A stretch of 64,000 nt of DNA from Eledone cirrhosa (GCA_964016885.1 OZ024740.1:246202001-246266000); one strand, 5' to 3'; shown: positions 13,790-27,579, counted from the first letter of the stretch. The notes: generated by a model from the sequence alone, not told the origin. Program-made: numbers and translations.

Positions 13790-14795
13790 ACTTTGTACCC
13801 TGGGGCTTAAAATCAGTCAACATAAACCTCTCTAGTGCAACCTTTCTTGACATCAGCCTGGACTGTCAACAGGCATATATGAACCGAATGAGAGGCTAAA
13901 ATACATCAACAGAAGATCCTGCCACCCACCCACAGTAGTGCCCAACATTAACCGTAGAATCTCGAATTTATCATCCAGTAGAGAGATATTTGAACAGGCA
14001 GCGCTGTACTATAACAAGGCCCTCTGAAATAGTGGATTGAAGGAACAGATCAAATACATGCCTAATAGACACCCACCTAGAAATAAAAATAGAAAAATAA
14101 AAATAATCTGGTTTGTTCCTCCTTTCTCACTAAATGTAAAGACTAATATAGGTAAGAAATTCTTTGACATTATCGATAAGCACTTTACTCCTCAACATAG
14201 GTACAGTAAGATCTTCAATTGACATTCAGTGAGAATTTCCTATTCTTGTGCCCCATCCATGAGATCCAAAATGACTGCAAAAAGCAAGCCAGATGAGAAT
14301 CCAGGATGCTCTTGCAGGAGGAAAGACGACTGTCCATTACAGCAAAACTGTAATGTTAAGTTCATAATATACAAGGCAGAGATCAAATACACAAACACCA
14401 ACCAGCCAGAAACCCATGGAAAATATGTAGATCTGGTTCAGGACTGGTTTAAGCAAATGTTCTACTTGCACCTCTCCTCATTTAGGCATCCTGACATGAA
14501 AACCACCACAGTGCTGGTAAAAAGCGCCTAGCAGCTAAAAGACAAATAAGTACTGCATGACATGACATGGAAAGTAGTGGAAAAGTCCACGCCATTCAAA
14601 AACAGAAGGAAGAGATGCCCGCTCTGTTACAGTGAGAAATTTAGGATCTTACAGGGTTCATACTCACCAGAAAAATACCTAAACTCAAAAACAGAAGTCT
14701 CTAGGCACTACTTGCATCAAAAGGCCCACCTTTCATGCAACTGGAAACCCACACCACAAGATGCCCTCTCACCAGACCTGCCAAATCCTCCATGA
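13790..14795 (+). mobile_element. Penelope-like element relic (RT thumb, linker, GIY-YIG endonuclease)
   Basis: RKIKIIWFVPPFSLNVKTNIGKKFF, ISYSC, CSCRRKDDCPLQQNC..IIYKAEI..KYVD(G)L..FK..H..SF and CPLCYSEK..LNSKTE are characteristic PLE motifs; multiple stops. Confidence 0.85.
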
Positions 14796-14984
14796 CAGTA
14801 TCCGCCCTATTACCTTTCAATGAGCATGCCACACCCACAAAGAATAAGAGAGCTTAGTATTACAATATTACATTTTAAGCTAACAATCACACATACAATC
14901 AACCTTTACATTTTAGAGTATCAGTATTGAGGAAATATCGATGAATCATAAATATTTTACTCTTTATTGCACTGTCCGTGAGAA

Positions 14985-15840
14985 ATTCTCCATAGACGAG
15001 AGTGGAGAGGACCGATGCATTGTAAATACAGAGCTCCATCTTCTGGGAGATTGAGTAATGGCGCCAAAGAGGGTACCATAGCGAGTACATGACCTCGGCA
15101 GCCAGGCCACATCTGTGTTTGATCTCCGGGGTCAGGTCTCCATTGCTGGTGACAGTCAAGCCCAGGTAAATGAAGGAGCTGACAGACTCCACGTCTTTGA
15201 GGCCAATATGAAGCAGAGGAGGATTCGGGCCATTACTGACATGCATCAGCTTTGTCTTTGCCCAGCTTACCTGAAGGCCAAGCTTTGCTGACTTCTCCAG
15301 GTATATGGGCAGTGCGTCTCTGAGCTGATTAATTGAGTTGCTGAATAGGATCATAATTCCCGAAGGTAAATTATACACATATCTTCTTCATACTGTTGCT
15401 CAACGAGGCCGGGGTCATCCTAAGCCAGTAATCCCAATGCATCATCGCGTGTACAGCTGACAAAGTCCACCAGCCCCCTGCATCCTCCAAGTTGATGTTG
15501 AGCCTCTGGAGATCTTTCATGATAATATCCTGTCATCTGGTGCAGAGGCATGTCGTGGGGCCTCTTCCAGCCTGAAACCACTGCATCGAACGAGAGTAAG
15601 GCCTTGGTAGGATGATCTGGTGGAGAGTGGAGGACATGTCTGTACCAGCACGTGCGCAGATGGCTATGAGGTGGGAAGCTGTTGGCTGATATGTGCGCAC
15701 ACAAACACTTTGTTGGAAACATGGTGGTACCATCTGATGTTTTTGATGTCCTCAGGGTTCCCTATCAACAGTGGGGTCAGACAGGGCTGTGTGGCTGCCC
15801 CCGACCTCTTCAACTGTGTCATTGACTATCTGATCTCCAC
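14985..15840. mobile_element. Scrambled non-LTR RT fragments (RTE/L2-like)
   Basis: Minus strand LGLQVSWAKTKLM..SFIYLG..IYNASVLSTLVYG (14985-15360) and WYRHVL..WKRP (15420-15740); plus strand SGVRQGCVAAPDLFNCVIDY (15745-15840). Confidence 0.7.
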
Positions 15841-16699
15841 TGCGGCTGATGTAAAATCAATCCTGGAGTTGAAGCTGTTTGTAATCAATTAAAGTTCTGA
15901 GCTGGTCAATTGCAAAAATTGTTTAATTGCGTGATTACAAATGAAATATGTTAAACTTAACCTAAATCTCTTATTCTTAATATAAACACTTTGCAAGCCA
16001 AAACAAACAGATGTCGGGGTTAATACATGCTTTTATCACTAAATATCCAATTCCTGTAAAAGCATAGAGCTCCAGCAGGTGCCACCTATAATAATATATC
16101 ATTACTCACCAACTGGCTAGATATCATTTCATCATTTCATTTTATGTCCGCTTTTTGCCTGCTTGCAAGGGTGGGACGGAAACTGATGCTGGCTTGATTT
16201 CTACAGCTGGATGCCCTTCCTAACACCAACCTCATTTACGGTGAGTGCCGGGTGCTTTTTTGCCGTGGCACCTCCACGACCACTTTGCAGTGGAATGATA
16301 TGGACCCCAGTCCTATCATCTCATTTCAACAGCTGAATAAACTGGAGCAATGTGAAATAAAGTGTCTTGCTCAAGGAAACAACACATCACATATATTTAT
16401 AGTGGTAGAACACTGGAAGGTAATATCCGTAGTGGTAGAGCACTCAGTCCAAGGGGTGAGTTAGGTAGAAGTGGTTACACAACAGTTAGTTCACCTTACC
16501 GAGAATAATTGTTTCACCTTAGCGGACCCTCAGCTCGTAATGGACATGGTTATACGGAACAGGAAGGACAACCGTACGAACACGCATGCGCAGAAACTAT
16601 CAGGAACCACTTATATATATATATATATATATATTGCATTGTCTATAAACCTACAGGCCTTCCTCTCTCTCTCTTAGCAAGTATAAAATGAACCTGTTG

Positions 16700-19600
16700 G
16701 TCGTAAAAAATTTCAGAATTAGAATTTTCATCACTGCCGAAGGGACGTTTGAGAAATGTAATTGTATTTACGCTATTTTCTTGTCTCTCTCTCTGTTTTT
16801 ACATGGTCCATTTACTTAGAATCCAAGCTTTCAATTTTATTCGTTAATTCTGTCAAACCCTCAAAAACAACCTTCTCATATTTAAACACTGATTACTGTT
16901 ATACGTCCGTTTAGAGGTTTAGATTAAAAAAATAACCTTCTCGTTAACTTCCCTATATCCCCCCCCCCCCCCCCCACTCGCCACAATTATTAGATGGTCC
17001 AATCATAATTCAGCAGCTTATACGTCTCTCTTACCAATCTCTTACACAAAACCACCGCCTCAGCTATTCACTCCTTAAGTTTAAACCTGGTTGCCTTTGA
17101 TATGCTAGATGGACTGTGGGATTCTGGAGAGTACGAAGAATCTGGACACTCAAATAACAATGTCAAAGATAAAGATAAATTCACCTCATGTGGCCGGACG
17201 AAAATGCAAGGATTCCTTTTTATTTCTGACCCCATCTCCCTCACCCCTCCCTGTACCTCCAACCCATCCCTTCCACCCATCAAACGAAATCCAAAACTTC
17301 AGAGTTGGTACCATGAATGTAGGCACTTTAAAAGATCGCTCTAACGAGGCTTGAACGTAAGGAAGTTGATGCTTGTTGCGTCCAAGAGACTAGGTGGAGG
17401 GGTGGGTCTGCTAGATTCATTGTGGATAAAAAACGATACTATAAACTTTCTGGGTGGGAAATAAAAATGGGCTGGGTGGAGTAGGAATTAAGTTAGAAGA
17501 AAAATGGGTAGATAAGATAATTGACGTAAATAGAGTGAATGACAGAATAATCAAAATAAGACTTGTCCTAAATAGAACTACTGTGACAATAATATCTGCT
17601 TACGCACCCCAATCTGGACTGCCTGGCATTATAAAAGACATTCTATGAGTCGCTCATGCTCATTACCTCCCAACTAACCGACAGTGACTACTTAATTATT
17701 GATGGCGACCTAAAAGGTCATGTTGGACAACACTGTGACGGCTATGACGGAAACCATGGAGGCTATGGGTTTGGTACCAGAAATCAGGAAGGCTTCAGAA
17801 TTCTGGAATTCTGTGACGCAAATAACCTAACTATCTGTAACACAAACTTCAAAAAACGAGACAATCACTTGATCACCTATAGATCAGGGGAACACGCCAG
17901 TAAGATAGATTATATCCTTACCAGAAGGCGTGACAAAGTGTCGGTTGTAAACACTAAATCCCTCCCCCCGCGAAGAATGCACCTCCCAACATAGCCTCAT
18001 AGTTAGTGACCTCATTGTCAGGACGAGACGTACTCGACAACAGAGGAGGACCAACCTGAGAAGAAGAATATGAAAGTTAAAGGACCCCACAGCCAGTAAC
18101 AAATTTAAAAGCATATTACTTGACGCTTTTGACAGTAAGGAAGAGCAATTAGAGACGTACAGTATAGAGGAACAGTGGGAATTCCTGAAAGTTAACCTGC
18201 TGAAGGCGACAGATGAAATCTGTGGCTGGAGCAGACAGCAAAGTTAGAATTAACAAGATAGTGAAGAATTTAGTGTAAAAGTCGGTGTTCATCAGGGCTC
18301 TGTCCTTAGCTCCCTCCGATTTATTATTGCCCTTCAGGCTATAACAGAGGAGTTCAAGACCGGATGCCCATGGGAACTTCTATACGCAGATGATCTAACG
18401 CTCATAGCTGAATCAATGGCTGAACTAGAGAAGAAATTCCAAACATGGAAGCATGGCCTAGAATCAAAAGGCCTTAAAATTAACTTGTCTAAGACTAAAG
18501 TTCTAGTATGTAGGAAGGAAAATAGGGCACTGGTCCCCTCTGGGAAATGGCCATGCTCAGTGTGTAGGAAAGGAGTAGGCAGAAACTCCATTTTACATCC
18601 CAAATGCATAAAAGATGTAGTGGGATCACAGGTAAACTAACTAAGAACATAGATTTTATATGTGGCCGGTGCTCAGGTGCAATAAGTAGCAGCAGGTGTC
18701 ACAGGATACTAGCTCCTTCCATTGCACAGATGGTTCTATAGAAATAGTGGACACCTTCCGTTACATGGGTGACAAAATCAGCAGTGGTGAGGGTGCTCTG
18801 AAAGTACAGTAGCTAGAATCAGAACAGGATGGAAAAAGTTCAGAGAGCTTATATCACTATTGGCCGCTAAAGGTTTCTCCCTAAAAATGAAAGGCAGACT
18901 ATGATGCCTGCATACGAACAGCAATGTTACATGGCAGTGAGACATGGGCATTGTGTGCAGAGGATCTGCGCAGACTGGAGAGGAACGAAGCTTGCCTGCT
19001 CCGCTGGATGTGTAATAGTAATATACGCGAACGGCAAAGCATAAATGAACTAAGTGAGAAATTAGGAATAAGAGGGATCAGATGCTTTTACTCGAGAGCA
19101 GACTACGTTGGTATGGTCACATGATGTGCATGAAAGACGACAGCTGTATAAAAAAGTGTAGGGCAATCAAAATAGATAGAAGCTACGGAGTAGGCAGACC
19201 CAGAAAAACCTGGGACGATTTTATAAATTCCGACCTCACACACTTACACCTCTCCAAGACAATGTCACTGGACCGAGATCTTTGGCGCTACACAGTAATA
19301 CAGAAGACCCGCCTTGCCTAAGTACAAGCGAAACCTAGTTAGTAGGCACCTCCTAACCAAAAATACACCCCCATCCCACTACCCCTACCCCCACCCCCAT
19401 CCCACTACCCCCACCCCCATCTACATACCCCTTTCTCTGTAAAGTTATGTTGGTACCACAACATCCACTCCTAAATAAATGAGGTTGTGTAGGTATCACG
19501 ACAAAAAAAAAAAAAAACACAGTCCACGCTGTAATGTGGTCGTGTAGGTAACACGGTAAAAACCTCCCAGTCCACACTGTAAATGTGGTTGGTGTTAGGA

Positions 19601-19731
19601 ATGGCATCCAGCCGTAGAAAACCTGCCAGACAGTCCCACACGAGCGAGCCAACCAATCTTGCCTCAAGAGGGACAATTCCTGTCTAACCAATGCTAATGT
19701 GGAAGCTAGATGTTAAACGACGATGATGATG

Positions 19732-19733
<2 letters not shown>
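16700..19733 (+). mobile_element. Degenerate RTE LINE with internal deletion
   Basis: NFRVGTMNVGTL..AYAPQ..IDYIL (APE); deletion near 18240 joining GWSR to SKVRIN; WELLYADD; GRPRKTW; family 3' UTR and (GAT)n tail; 5' boundary approximate. Confidence 0.88.
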
Positions 19734-19763
<30 letters not shown>

Positions 19764-22700
19764 CATGTTTGGTCATTACATCAATCATTGTGATATGACA
19801 CCTAATCCTGCTTGGTCACGATCATTTTGCCTTGCTTGCATACATTAGACAAGATTTCCTGTTTGGCATCTCTCTACTTGTTTCTCTCATTTGTTATCTC
19901 CTTTCTTCCTCTTCTGCAGCTTCCTTTCTCTTGGAACTCTTGGCACTTTTTCACCCAAAGATCATCATCCATATGCATTACGTAACTGTATTTTCCATTC
20001 CTCCCAAAAAACACAGGCATCATATTTGATTGGGAGTCCTAATATACACTACCACCTGGTTTAACGCCACCACAGAACCCTTTTATACTAACCTTTTTGC
20101 TATCCTATCCCCTCCCTAGTAGTAGTGTCATAATAAAATGCACCCAGTACATTCTGTAAAGTGGTTGGTGATAGAAAGGGCATCTAATTGGAGAAAACTT
20201 GCCAAACAAAGGAATAAATGTATTAAGGACAGGACAGTTTCCCAAAAGCTAATACCAGAATTGCACATCACATTCTGTAGATAGAGCATATGAAAGTGTG
20301 ATGAGATCGCTGCCCATTTGAGAAATCAGTGGCTCTCATTAAGTATTAACTTGGTATGTGATGACCTGTCTTAACTCTTGCAAGCAGGAAAAAAATAGTT
20401 GTTAAATGATAATGATGATGATAGCAAATTTTACTTTATTACAAACATTCACACCAAATCCTCAGTTTCTCCCTTATCTCTGTTTTCCTTGTTGACATTG
20501 ACTTATGGGACATTCAAACATAGCCTATGTAACAGGGGTGTTCAGTTGGCACATCGACCTGGAGAGTCAGAGAGTGGTCTTTGAATATGTGACATCCCTT
20601 TCCTCTCCACCTCTCAGCTCTTTTGAGTTTAGAAGGGAGCTCCCTATCACCACTGAGGGTCATGAAAATCAGACTTGGATTTTGCCACTATTTTCCCAAC
20701 TAACTAATAAAGGCTCAAATCAATTCCTTACTTCACAGTTGTGTGGTTATCAGTAGAAAGCAGGTGTTCTTGTGTGAAACACACTACAACAAATAAAATG
20801 TCCCAACCACAAATATGGAAAAATCAATCTATATTGAATAGTTCTGTTTTTGTTTTTCAATTATTTTCCTAACATATTCCTTTTTTCTTCTTTAAAATGC
20901 TTAATGAACTATTATTACCATCCCACCCTTTTCTTTTTTCTTCATATTTTCATTATTTCTCTGTTTCTTATTTATTTTAGTCTCACTCACATCTCTCACA
21001 TACACGGACTATACTTTCTCTCTTAAACACATTCTTTCTCATACACGTACATACACCATTTCCTATGTCTTCCTTTCATTAACCCCCTCTCTCCTCTACG
21101 TAATTTGGAATGGACAATTCTCTACATTACCAGCACTAGGATATAATATATGTTGTGGCGTTGGCTGAAAATATTTCTCCCCTCTCTCATCTTAGCTGTA
21201 CTTAAGTTAGTCAAGAGTTTGCATCATGAAGAGTAGCAGGGGTATTGAAATATTTTACTCTTAATTGATGTTTGTGTTACCTTTCATGCTATTCACAGCA
21301 GCCATTGTGTGTGTGATCATTGTTGTTATTGCTGTTGCTATCACTGTCAATGCCACAATTTTCCTTTTTGTTAATATTGTCGTCACCACTGTCATTGTAT
21401 TTTCACCGTTGTCATAATTGACATCATCATCATTGTCATCATTCTTGCCACCATTCACATCACCGTTTCATCACAAATCAAGTCAATACTCAGGCAGAGT
21501 GGACTGGAGTGTGTGGATGTTACTGAAGTAACTGGAAAAGCAGGGGAGACAACTACACTGGTTTCATATTTAACATGAACAGGTTGGTAAAAAAAAAAAA
21601 AAATTCAATTGGTAGTTATGGAAGATAAGGTAATGTCAGAGAAAGATATGAAGGTAGACTGAAAAGGTATGTAGGAGAGGCATGCAATGATAGCACCTCA
21701 ACTTAGGATCAGGGCTACCAGGTTTGGTGAAACATGTAGCAAAACATGCAACTTTAAAAATATAATTTTTAAAGGCAAAATTCCTAATAAATATAATTAA
21801 TTATTAACTATGGAAATTAGAAGTGATCTACAGGTAATTATATTTTTTTCACACACACACACACACTAGGTATAAATCAAAGACGCAGTAGAGCAGATAC
21901 CAATTGAATTGTTTGAGGCAGTCACAAAGCACTCAATGGTGCCAAAATGTTGATACAGTTTCATCCAGAGTAAACACGAAGTTAAGAAAGTGTGACACCA
22001 AGAATAAAACGACCAAGTGTATGTGGCCATAGCTTATAACAACAACAACAATAAATACAAACATATAGGAGACTAACCTCAACCATTTCGAATAGATAAA
22101 AATCGATTGAAATCAATAAATATCTTCTGGGACTCTGGGAGGATGCACCACAAGTGGCACAATGCATATGCAAGTTGTAAGTGCACCTATCTATGGAAAA
22201 GGAAATCCTTTCCTCAGCAGGTGTTCGTTCAATATTATCTGATGTAATTCAGTCTGGACGAGACATGGAAGCACTCTATGGTAGTAGTGGATTCTCCTTT
22301 GTCCTTGATACCATCACTATCATCACCATCGACCCACTAGCACCAGCAACAGCACCATCCTCGAGGTCACCAACAACAGCCCAGCACTAGCACCAACACA
22401 ACCACTACCAACAACACTCAACCTTGGCAACAACCTACTAACATCACTACAACCACCACCACCCACATACCAACCTCATTAGCCCCACCTTTACCAGCAG
22501 CACCTAACTTCACCATATCAGATTAATATAATCTCAATTTGATCTGTAATGTTTATATATCTGCGACTTAAGTTTTAGGTAATAGTTTGATAAAGAAGTA
22601 TCAAGTCAGAACTGCTTACTTGCTAGTGATGATGTAATTAAACTGAACAGTGGCTTTAAAGAAGCGTTAGAGCATTGAATAAAAATGCCTTGCAGCATTT

Positions 22701-22907
22701 GTTCCAGTTCTTGTGCACTTAAAGAAGTGTTTTTATTTTTTTTTCACCTATACTTCATATCCCTTTTGATACCAATCCACCTGAATCTGCCCCTGATTCT
22801 ATGATGAAAAACTATGCATTTTAAATGTTCATATTTCAATCTAAACCTTTCACTACAATTTTGGAAGAACCTTTTCTTAACTTGTATTCCAAACAATAAC
22901 TTAATGA

Positions 22908-23120
22908 TTTCTACTTTGCGCACAAGGCCAGTAATTTGGGGGTTGGGGAAAGGTGATTAAATTGACCCTAGTACTTGACTGGTACTTTATTTTATCGACC
23001 CGAAAAAGATAAAAAGCAAAGTTGATTTCAACAAGATTTGAACTTAGAATGTAGAGTCAGAACAAATACTGCTATGCATTTTCCAACACTCTAACATCTC
23101 TGCCAATTCACTGCTCTTCT
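22908..23120 (-). mobile_element. Older diverged SINE copy
   Basis: Reverse complement of the GGGTCGATAAAATAAAGTACCAG / GGCCTTGTGC..AAAGTAGAAA family. Confidence 0.65.
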
Positions 23121-23332
23121 TAAACAAGAAATGTAAGTTATATTACTAAATCACTAATATGTAATGAAAGGGTAAACCAAGTTCTAACTTTTGTCTCCTT
23201 TCTGATTCCCTGTCAGCCAAATATCTTTGTTGATTTATTTTTGTGTGGAATAGGGGAATTATGATGTGAACTCACGACTAATGAAGCAAAGTTGCTAGTA
23301 GTTTGTTTTATTGGTATTATTTAGACCCAAAT

Positions 23333-23524
23333 GAGGGCGGTGGATTGGCAGTATCGGTAGAGCGTCTGACGCCATGCTTTGCAGCAAAGAGTTATGGCCC
23401 TTTATGGTCTGAGTTCAAAAATCCGCCGAGGTCAATTTTGCCTTTCATCCTTACGGGGTCGATAAAATAAAGTACCAGTAATGCTCTGGGATAATTGCTG
23501 GCCTTGTGCCAAAAAGTAGAAACA
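23333..23524 (+). mobile_element. tRNA-type SINE with 17-bp TSD
   Basis: TGGCAGTATCGGTAG A-box-like and GAGTTCAAA B-box-like motifs; GCCTTTCATCCTTACGGGGTCGATAAAATAAAGTACC central domain; TSD ATTATTTAGACCCAAAT at 23316-23332 and 23525-23541. Confidence 0.88.
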
Positions 23525-23833
23525 ATTATTTAGACCCAAATCAACCATGATTGACCTATGCTCAAAGAAGTCCCAGTTATGACCATCCTATCTTATTTGT
23601 GTGATTGGGACTATTTATCCAAATTGTTTACCCTTTCCAAATTTGGTTCAAAGATGTTGCTTATTTTAACCATATTTCTAAGACACTACCTATAATTTTC
23701 AAATAATTTTGAAAATAAAGAATTTGAAGGAATTTAGTCAAATAACTTTATCATTAAGCTGATGTTTGGAACATAACTTAACAAAGTTTCTTTCATAAAA
23801 TTATGATGGAAAATTTTTTAGGTAGATATTTAA

Positions 23834-24044
23834 CCCTTTAGCATTTACATTACGCTATATTTACTATAGTATTTTTTGGGTAAAGACTTTATCTTACATA
23901 ATTATCTCACATAATATCAAATCTACAAAATTTTGATGTTATTTATTTTGAGAACAATACCTTAACATCAATATGAGCAGCCGGTTACAACAGAAAGAGG
24001 TGAGAGAATTCTGGCTGGAAACAGCCAGTTTAAATGCTAAAGGG
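23834..24044. mobile_element. piggyBac-type MITE
   Basis: TTAA on both sides; TIR CCCTTTAGCATTTA / TAAATGCTAAAGGG. Confidence 0.85.
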
Positions 24045-24309
24045 TTAAAAGAAATAGTTTTGTACAATAAAACTAGGGGTAGTTTGGTATCAACATAGGT
24101 TTTGAAATGTCTCTATAATCAACAAACTGTAATGGTCCACAAACCACAGTTTGGAAACCATTCATATAAATATTCTGTTATTTATTCACAAGGTATAATT
24201 ACATTTAACTAAAGCAAAACACATTATTAAAGGAAACAAAAAAAGAAGAAAAAAAAAGAAAGAAAAAGAAAAAAGGATCCAGCAATGAAAGAAAGGGAGA
24301 ATGGGAGAC

Positions 24310-24655
24310 TGACACTACACTCCAGTCTGAGTGATGCTTCAGCTGCGCCTCGCGGACAAAATGGTAAAAGGCGTTACCATGGAAAATGACCAGAGACACC
24401 CACTGCAACAGCCACCCTACCTCACAGAGATCCCTCCTCAATCGGGCCACCGTCTTTCCGACTTTACAGAGAAAATCAGCAGTGTGAGGACCAAGGATGG
24501 AAACCAGTGTGAAGAGGAAGCGGTTAGTTAGGCCCTGGTTTTTGACTATCTTCCTCACCTTCGCATTGTGGGCAATGGAGCCCAAGTTTTGTGACCTAAG
24601 CGGCAAGGTTGGAGGTTAAGAACAAGTCGCTGCGCGTTGTGTCCCAAATTAGGGA
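24310..24655 (-). mobile_element. CRE-like RLE 3' fragment
   Basis: AHNAKVRKIVK..RFLFTLVSILGPHTADFL..LLQWVSLVIFHGNAF; similar to the fragment at 215-530. Confidence 0.6.
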
Positions 24656-25379
24656 TTTGCCCTATATTCTCTTGACCTTTAATCAAAGAAATTCCAGTCA
24701 AAGCCATCTTCTTTTTTGTATATTCAGAACTCTCTATTATCCAGTGTGTATTTCCTTTTTTTTTTTTTTTTTGAGGGTGGGGTTTTAAGATTTGGTTGCT
24801 ATTTCTAGCAGGTCAAGTGAATCCATAGATATTTTCTTGACTTAGGATCAAAGAAGTTTCAATCACAACCACCCTGTTTTTTTATATTTCCAGAACTATG
24901 TTATCCAATGTGTATTTCTTTACTTTTTTTGTTTGTTGAGATGATGATGAGAGTATGATTTTTAAATTTGGCTGCTATATCTAGCAGGTCGGATAAATCC
25001 TGAAAACTTATTTATTTGTCATTGTTGTGATTTTAGTTATTTTTGTAAATTTTTCAGTCTTCTCCTTTTTCCCTCCTCCTTTGTATATCATTTCAGATTG
25101 TGGATAAAGAGCCATATTTAGCATTAGGCTTGTTGATGTTAATATATAGAATGATCTAGAGCACTCTTTCTCAACACGAGTACTGAGGACCTCAAATTTC
25201 CACAAAAATTTTCTAGGATCGTCTGCAATATAAGATGTTTTTATGATAAAATTTCATTTATATCTCCATGTTAAGTTTTCGTTGTAGTATTGTATATAAT
25301 GTGTGTATGTATGTATATATGTATACATGTATATATATATACATAATACATAAAATGTGTGTATGTATATATGTATACA

Positions 25380-25416
<37 letters not shown>

Positions 25417-25417
<1 letters not shown>

Positions 25418-25538
25418 ATTGTTTCTACTTTAGGCACAAGGCCAGCAATTACCCAGTGCATTACTGGTACTTTATTTTATCGACCCCCGTAAGGATGAAA
25501 GGCAAAGTCAACCTCGGCGGGATTTGAACTCAGATCGT
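25417..25538 (-). mobile_element. 5'-truncated SINE (same family as 23333)
   Basis: Reverse complement of the B-box, central domain and AAAGTAGAAACAATT tail. Confidence 0.8.
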
Positions 25539-26606
25539 ATAATATATATATATATATAATACAATAAAATTATGTCGGGTCACTCTTGAGTGCTACTGGT
25601 AACATGTAAACCAGTACAACCTGTCGCATGGTCGGGTCATCGGCGACTAAACTGGCAACCCCATCAAGTTCACTTGGTGAGGAGAGTGATTTTGGACACC
25701 CTGCAGGACAAAAAACAAAACCTGACAAAGGGTGGAAGAACTCATAAGAGTCAACGGCCATCCAAAATTGTGTAAATATGTATATACACATGTACGTACG
25801 TATGTGTATGTATATGCGTGTGTATATGTCTCAGATGTCAGGGAGGTCTAGCCATGCCTTTTTCAGGACAGCTCGTCCTGCATTGAATCCCACCTGACAC
25901 TCAGCTCTCACCTGTGGTCCCAAGAAGCTGTAGCATGCGACAGCAGCCACACCCCGTAAACCGCCTTGGCTGGCGGGCCGAACCAGGTTGAGGGTGGGCG
26001 GACTTATCTGAAACCCCCTGGTGAATTAGATAGGGGATGCCTGCCCCTGCATGCGAAGACTGAACTCGGTGGAGGAGGACAACATCGTCCCAACAGTCAC
26101 GAAGGCGGCGACAGCAAGCGGTGTGGAGCGCTAGGGCACGGCAAGGAACTACAGACGTCGTGGCCATCCACTGCAGCCAAGGAAGTCCCTGGTCGTGACG
26201 GTCCTCTGTACCACCGGATTCTGGCTTCTACGGCTGAGTGAGTGGGACCGTCACTGTGCACTGGTCCTCCCACTATAAACCTTTCCCGCACAGGTTTCTT
26301 CTTTAGCGTGCACTCCCAAAGCCCTGCAGCGATGAGCGAGAGGTGGAGGTAACCTCTGGGAGTTGCCAGTCTGACTCCGGCCTCTTCCCCTGTCCCCACT
26401 GTCCCCGGACCTGCAAGTCGAGGATCGGCCTCCACAGCCACCTTCGTGCCCACGGCAGGCGGGAACAACAATAAAGAAGATGTCATCATTGTTTACGATG
26501 AACAACCAAGAGACAATAATATATATATAATGTGTGTATGTATATATATATGTATACGTGTGTATGTATATATATATAATTAGAAAGTGAACACAATATA
26601 TAACTA

Positions 26607-26674
26607 CTCCATTACCAAAGGTTTCAGGACCCTAGACAATATTAATATATGTCTAGATCGTTCATCAGACAGAG
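26607..26674 (-). ncRNA. Minimal type I hammerhead ribozyme candidate
   Basis: Minus strand: CTCTGT-CTGATGA-acGATCTAGACA..TGTCTAGGGTCct-GAAA-CC-TTT-GG-TA-ATGGAG. Stem I is 6 bp with two GU pairs, GUA cleavage triplet, imperfect base of stem II. Confidence 0.7.
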
Positions 26675-26831
26675 ATGTTATGAATGAAAATACAAAATGA
26701 GATTCAAAAGCTGTTAAAATTGGAAGTGAGGCTGGAAAATAATGGAAAATATACATAAGAAAAAATAAATAAAAAAATTAATATGTAAGAAAATTAATAT
26801 ATAAAAAATATATAGAAAATTATAAAAGCTA

Positions 26832-26872
<41 letters not shown>

Positions 26873-27207
26873 TTCAGATATAAGTAAAATACAAGGTAAT
26901 AGGAAAATACTCTTTTCCTATTACCTTACTCTACTACCTTAAGTATCGAGTACTCTGGTGCATTATGGTCCACCTGGTTCCTTACCACACTTCCTTTGTT
27001 ATATATGTGTATATATATATATATGAGAGTAAGAAATAGGTTTTACTCATTTACTGGGTGTATTTTAGCTGAACACTATGATAATTAAATTAAGCAGAAC
27101 CAGTGTATAATTGTAATGGAGTTACTAACCAATTCTAAAAGTTTAAGACATCCAATTACTGACAATTGTTTCTTCCTATATTATTTCTTTTTACATATTA
27201 ATTAATT

Positions 27208-27398
27208 AATTGTTTCTACTTTTGGCACAAGGTCAGCAATTATCCAGTGCATTACTGGTACTTTATTTTATCGACCCCGTAAGGATGAAAGGCAAAGTTA
27301 ACCTCGGTGGATTTGAACTCAGAATGGCAAGGGCCGTAACTCGATGCGTCAAAGCATGGCGTCCGACCCTCTACCGGTACTGCCAATCCACCGCCCTA
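27208..27398 (-). mobile_element. SINE (23333 family)
   Basis: Full-length reverse-complement copy with ATTAATTAATT flanks. Confidence 0.85.
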
Positions 27399-27579
27399 TT
27401 AATTAATTAATACTTAATATTATCCTAATATAAATTAATACTATACTTTCAGGCATATTCCCTTGAATTACTGCCGTGCTCTGATATATCTCATAACCAT
27501 AAATTTAAAATATAGTTTTATATTATATTTCCCTAATTCTGTATTACATTTCATTAAATATTATTGATTATTTAATAAT

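Noticed and set aside
14915-14965. TTGAGGA plus hairpin downstream of the Penelope relic
   Set aside because: No GAAA or cleavage triplet, so not a complete hammerhead.
16490-16560. Minus-strand hammerhead-like TTACGAG...GAAAC
   Set aside because: Core mutated and stems I/III cannot be formed convincingly; at best a decayed copy.
23333-23430. tRNA gene
   Set aside because: A/B-box-like motifs belong to a multi-copy SINE head with TSDs; no cloverleaf.
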